DNA of 64,000 bases from Podarcis tiliguerta (lineage: Eukaryota). The translations under genes were made by a program, and so were the position numbers. The notes beneath the pieces were generated by a model. That model saw nothing but the letters and a program-made list of their open reading frames with translations. It had not been told where the DNA came from and did not search any database. Positions 63,124 to 64,000 of this stretch are shown one piece after another. Each line of letters begins with the position of its first letter. The stretch's first letter is position 1. The stretch lies in NCBI GenBank assembly GCA_965153285.1, contig OZ229115.1; one strand, given 5' to 3'.

Positions 63124-64000
63124 GCAAGGGGAAGAGGAAGAAAACACACTCTTTTTCATGCCATTAAAAAGGAAAAATAAGGTTCACTAAATTTAGTGCG
63201 ATTTATTTGGTCTAGAGACACAGAGCCAATCGTACAAAGGGCTCCCAATTTGGCTATCTCTCTGTCTGTCTCTCTCTTCTTCTTTTTTTCCCCTCTCCAG
63301 CTTTAAGTAATGAAAATTTTGAAGGAGAATCCCTTCCTGGTTCTGTGGTTTGGGTTTTTCTCTCTCTATCCCACCCTGTTTCACACTGGCTGTGGTGTGG
63401 TGGAACAGACTCTTGGAAACACAGCCCTTCAGACTTGGAACTGCAACCTTTTTACTTGTTCTATCTAAGGAGAATTATTAGCTTGTTTACATGAAATGGA
63501 CAAAAATTGAAACAAAGCCTTGGGCACTTGCCATGCTGCGCTTTTTTCTCCTCACTGTATTCTTTCTGTCTTCCCCTCCACAAAGTCTTTCTTTTCCCCC
63601 TCTCTGCTCTCGTTCTGCTCCTAGTTTTTCTCCTGTTCTATAGTTCTTAGCTCCCCTTTCTTTGTCATCCTTTTTCTGCATGGTGTCGTTTACTGTGTTA
63701 GAAGTAAAATCTTCCACAGAGCTCCAGAAGAAAACACCCTGTTCAGTGTGTGCTGTTGTTGCACTCTGCTAGCGAGCAGCCTTTTGATTTTATTATGTAT
63801 TGTTTTCCCTTAGAGGTGGGTTTGGGAGTAGGTGGCCCGGGGTGGGGTGGGTGGCAGTGGGGCTTTGATTTAATTATGTAAAGCGAGGGTGAGATCTGTG
63901 GGATGTAAATGGAGTGGGATGTTAACACAGCCTGGAAGTAAAACAAGTGCAATAAGATAGTTGTTGTGGCCTGTGCACACTCCCTTGAATGGTGCTGCAA
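63124..64000 (+). other. DLGAP4: DLGAP4 3'UTR (proximal part, probably continues beyond the window)
   Basis: Directly follows the stop codon; no canonical AATAAA noticed, only ATTAAA at 63163-63168. Confidence 0.8.

Noticed and set aside
1-64000. CRISPR array, operons or other prokaryotic/viral systems
   Set aside because: No regularly spaced direct repeats, no dense gene packing and no viral ORFs; the sequence is intron-rich vertebrate DNA

Overview
Vertebrate genomic DNA, almost certainly from a squamate. The Sauria-type SINE and the MITE set suggest a lacertid lizard, which is an inference from repeat content. The window holds the 3' part of DLGAP4 (SAPAP4, a postsynaptic scaffold) on the + strand. 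A CpG-island internal promoter at about 13.7-15.0 kb carries the short-isoform coding exon MALCLELFKQ(C). A ~40 kb intron follows, then six shared coding exons (55417-63123) ending in the PDZ ligand QTRL and the start of the 3'UTR. All splice phases close, giving a 452-aa short isoform. Upstream exons of the long isoform are not visible in the window. The intron contains a second CpG island (~30.1-30.9 kb). Its ATG exon plus a 34-nt microexon would splice in frame into DLGAP4, a candidate alternative N-terminus and the most novel signal here. The rest is L2 and CR1 LINE fragments, tRNA-derived SINEs (several different tRNA heads on one CR1-type tail), and hAT and Tc1/mariner MITEs, some nested. 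There is no prokaryotic-type system and no CRISPR array. Most ORFs in the track are spurious.
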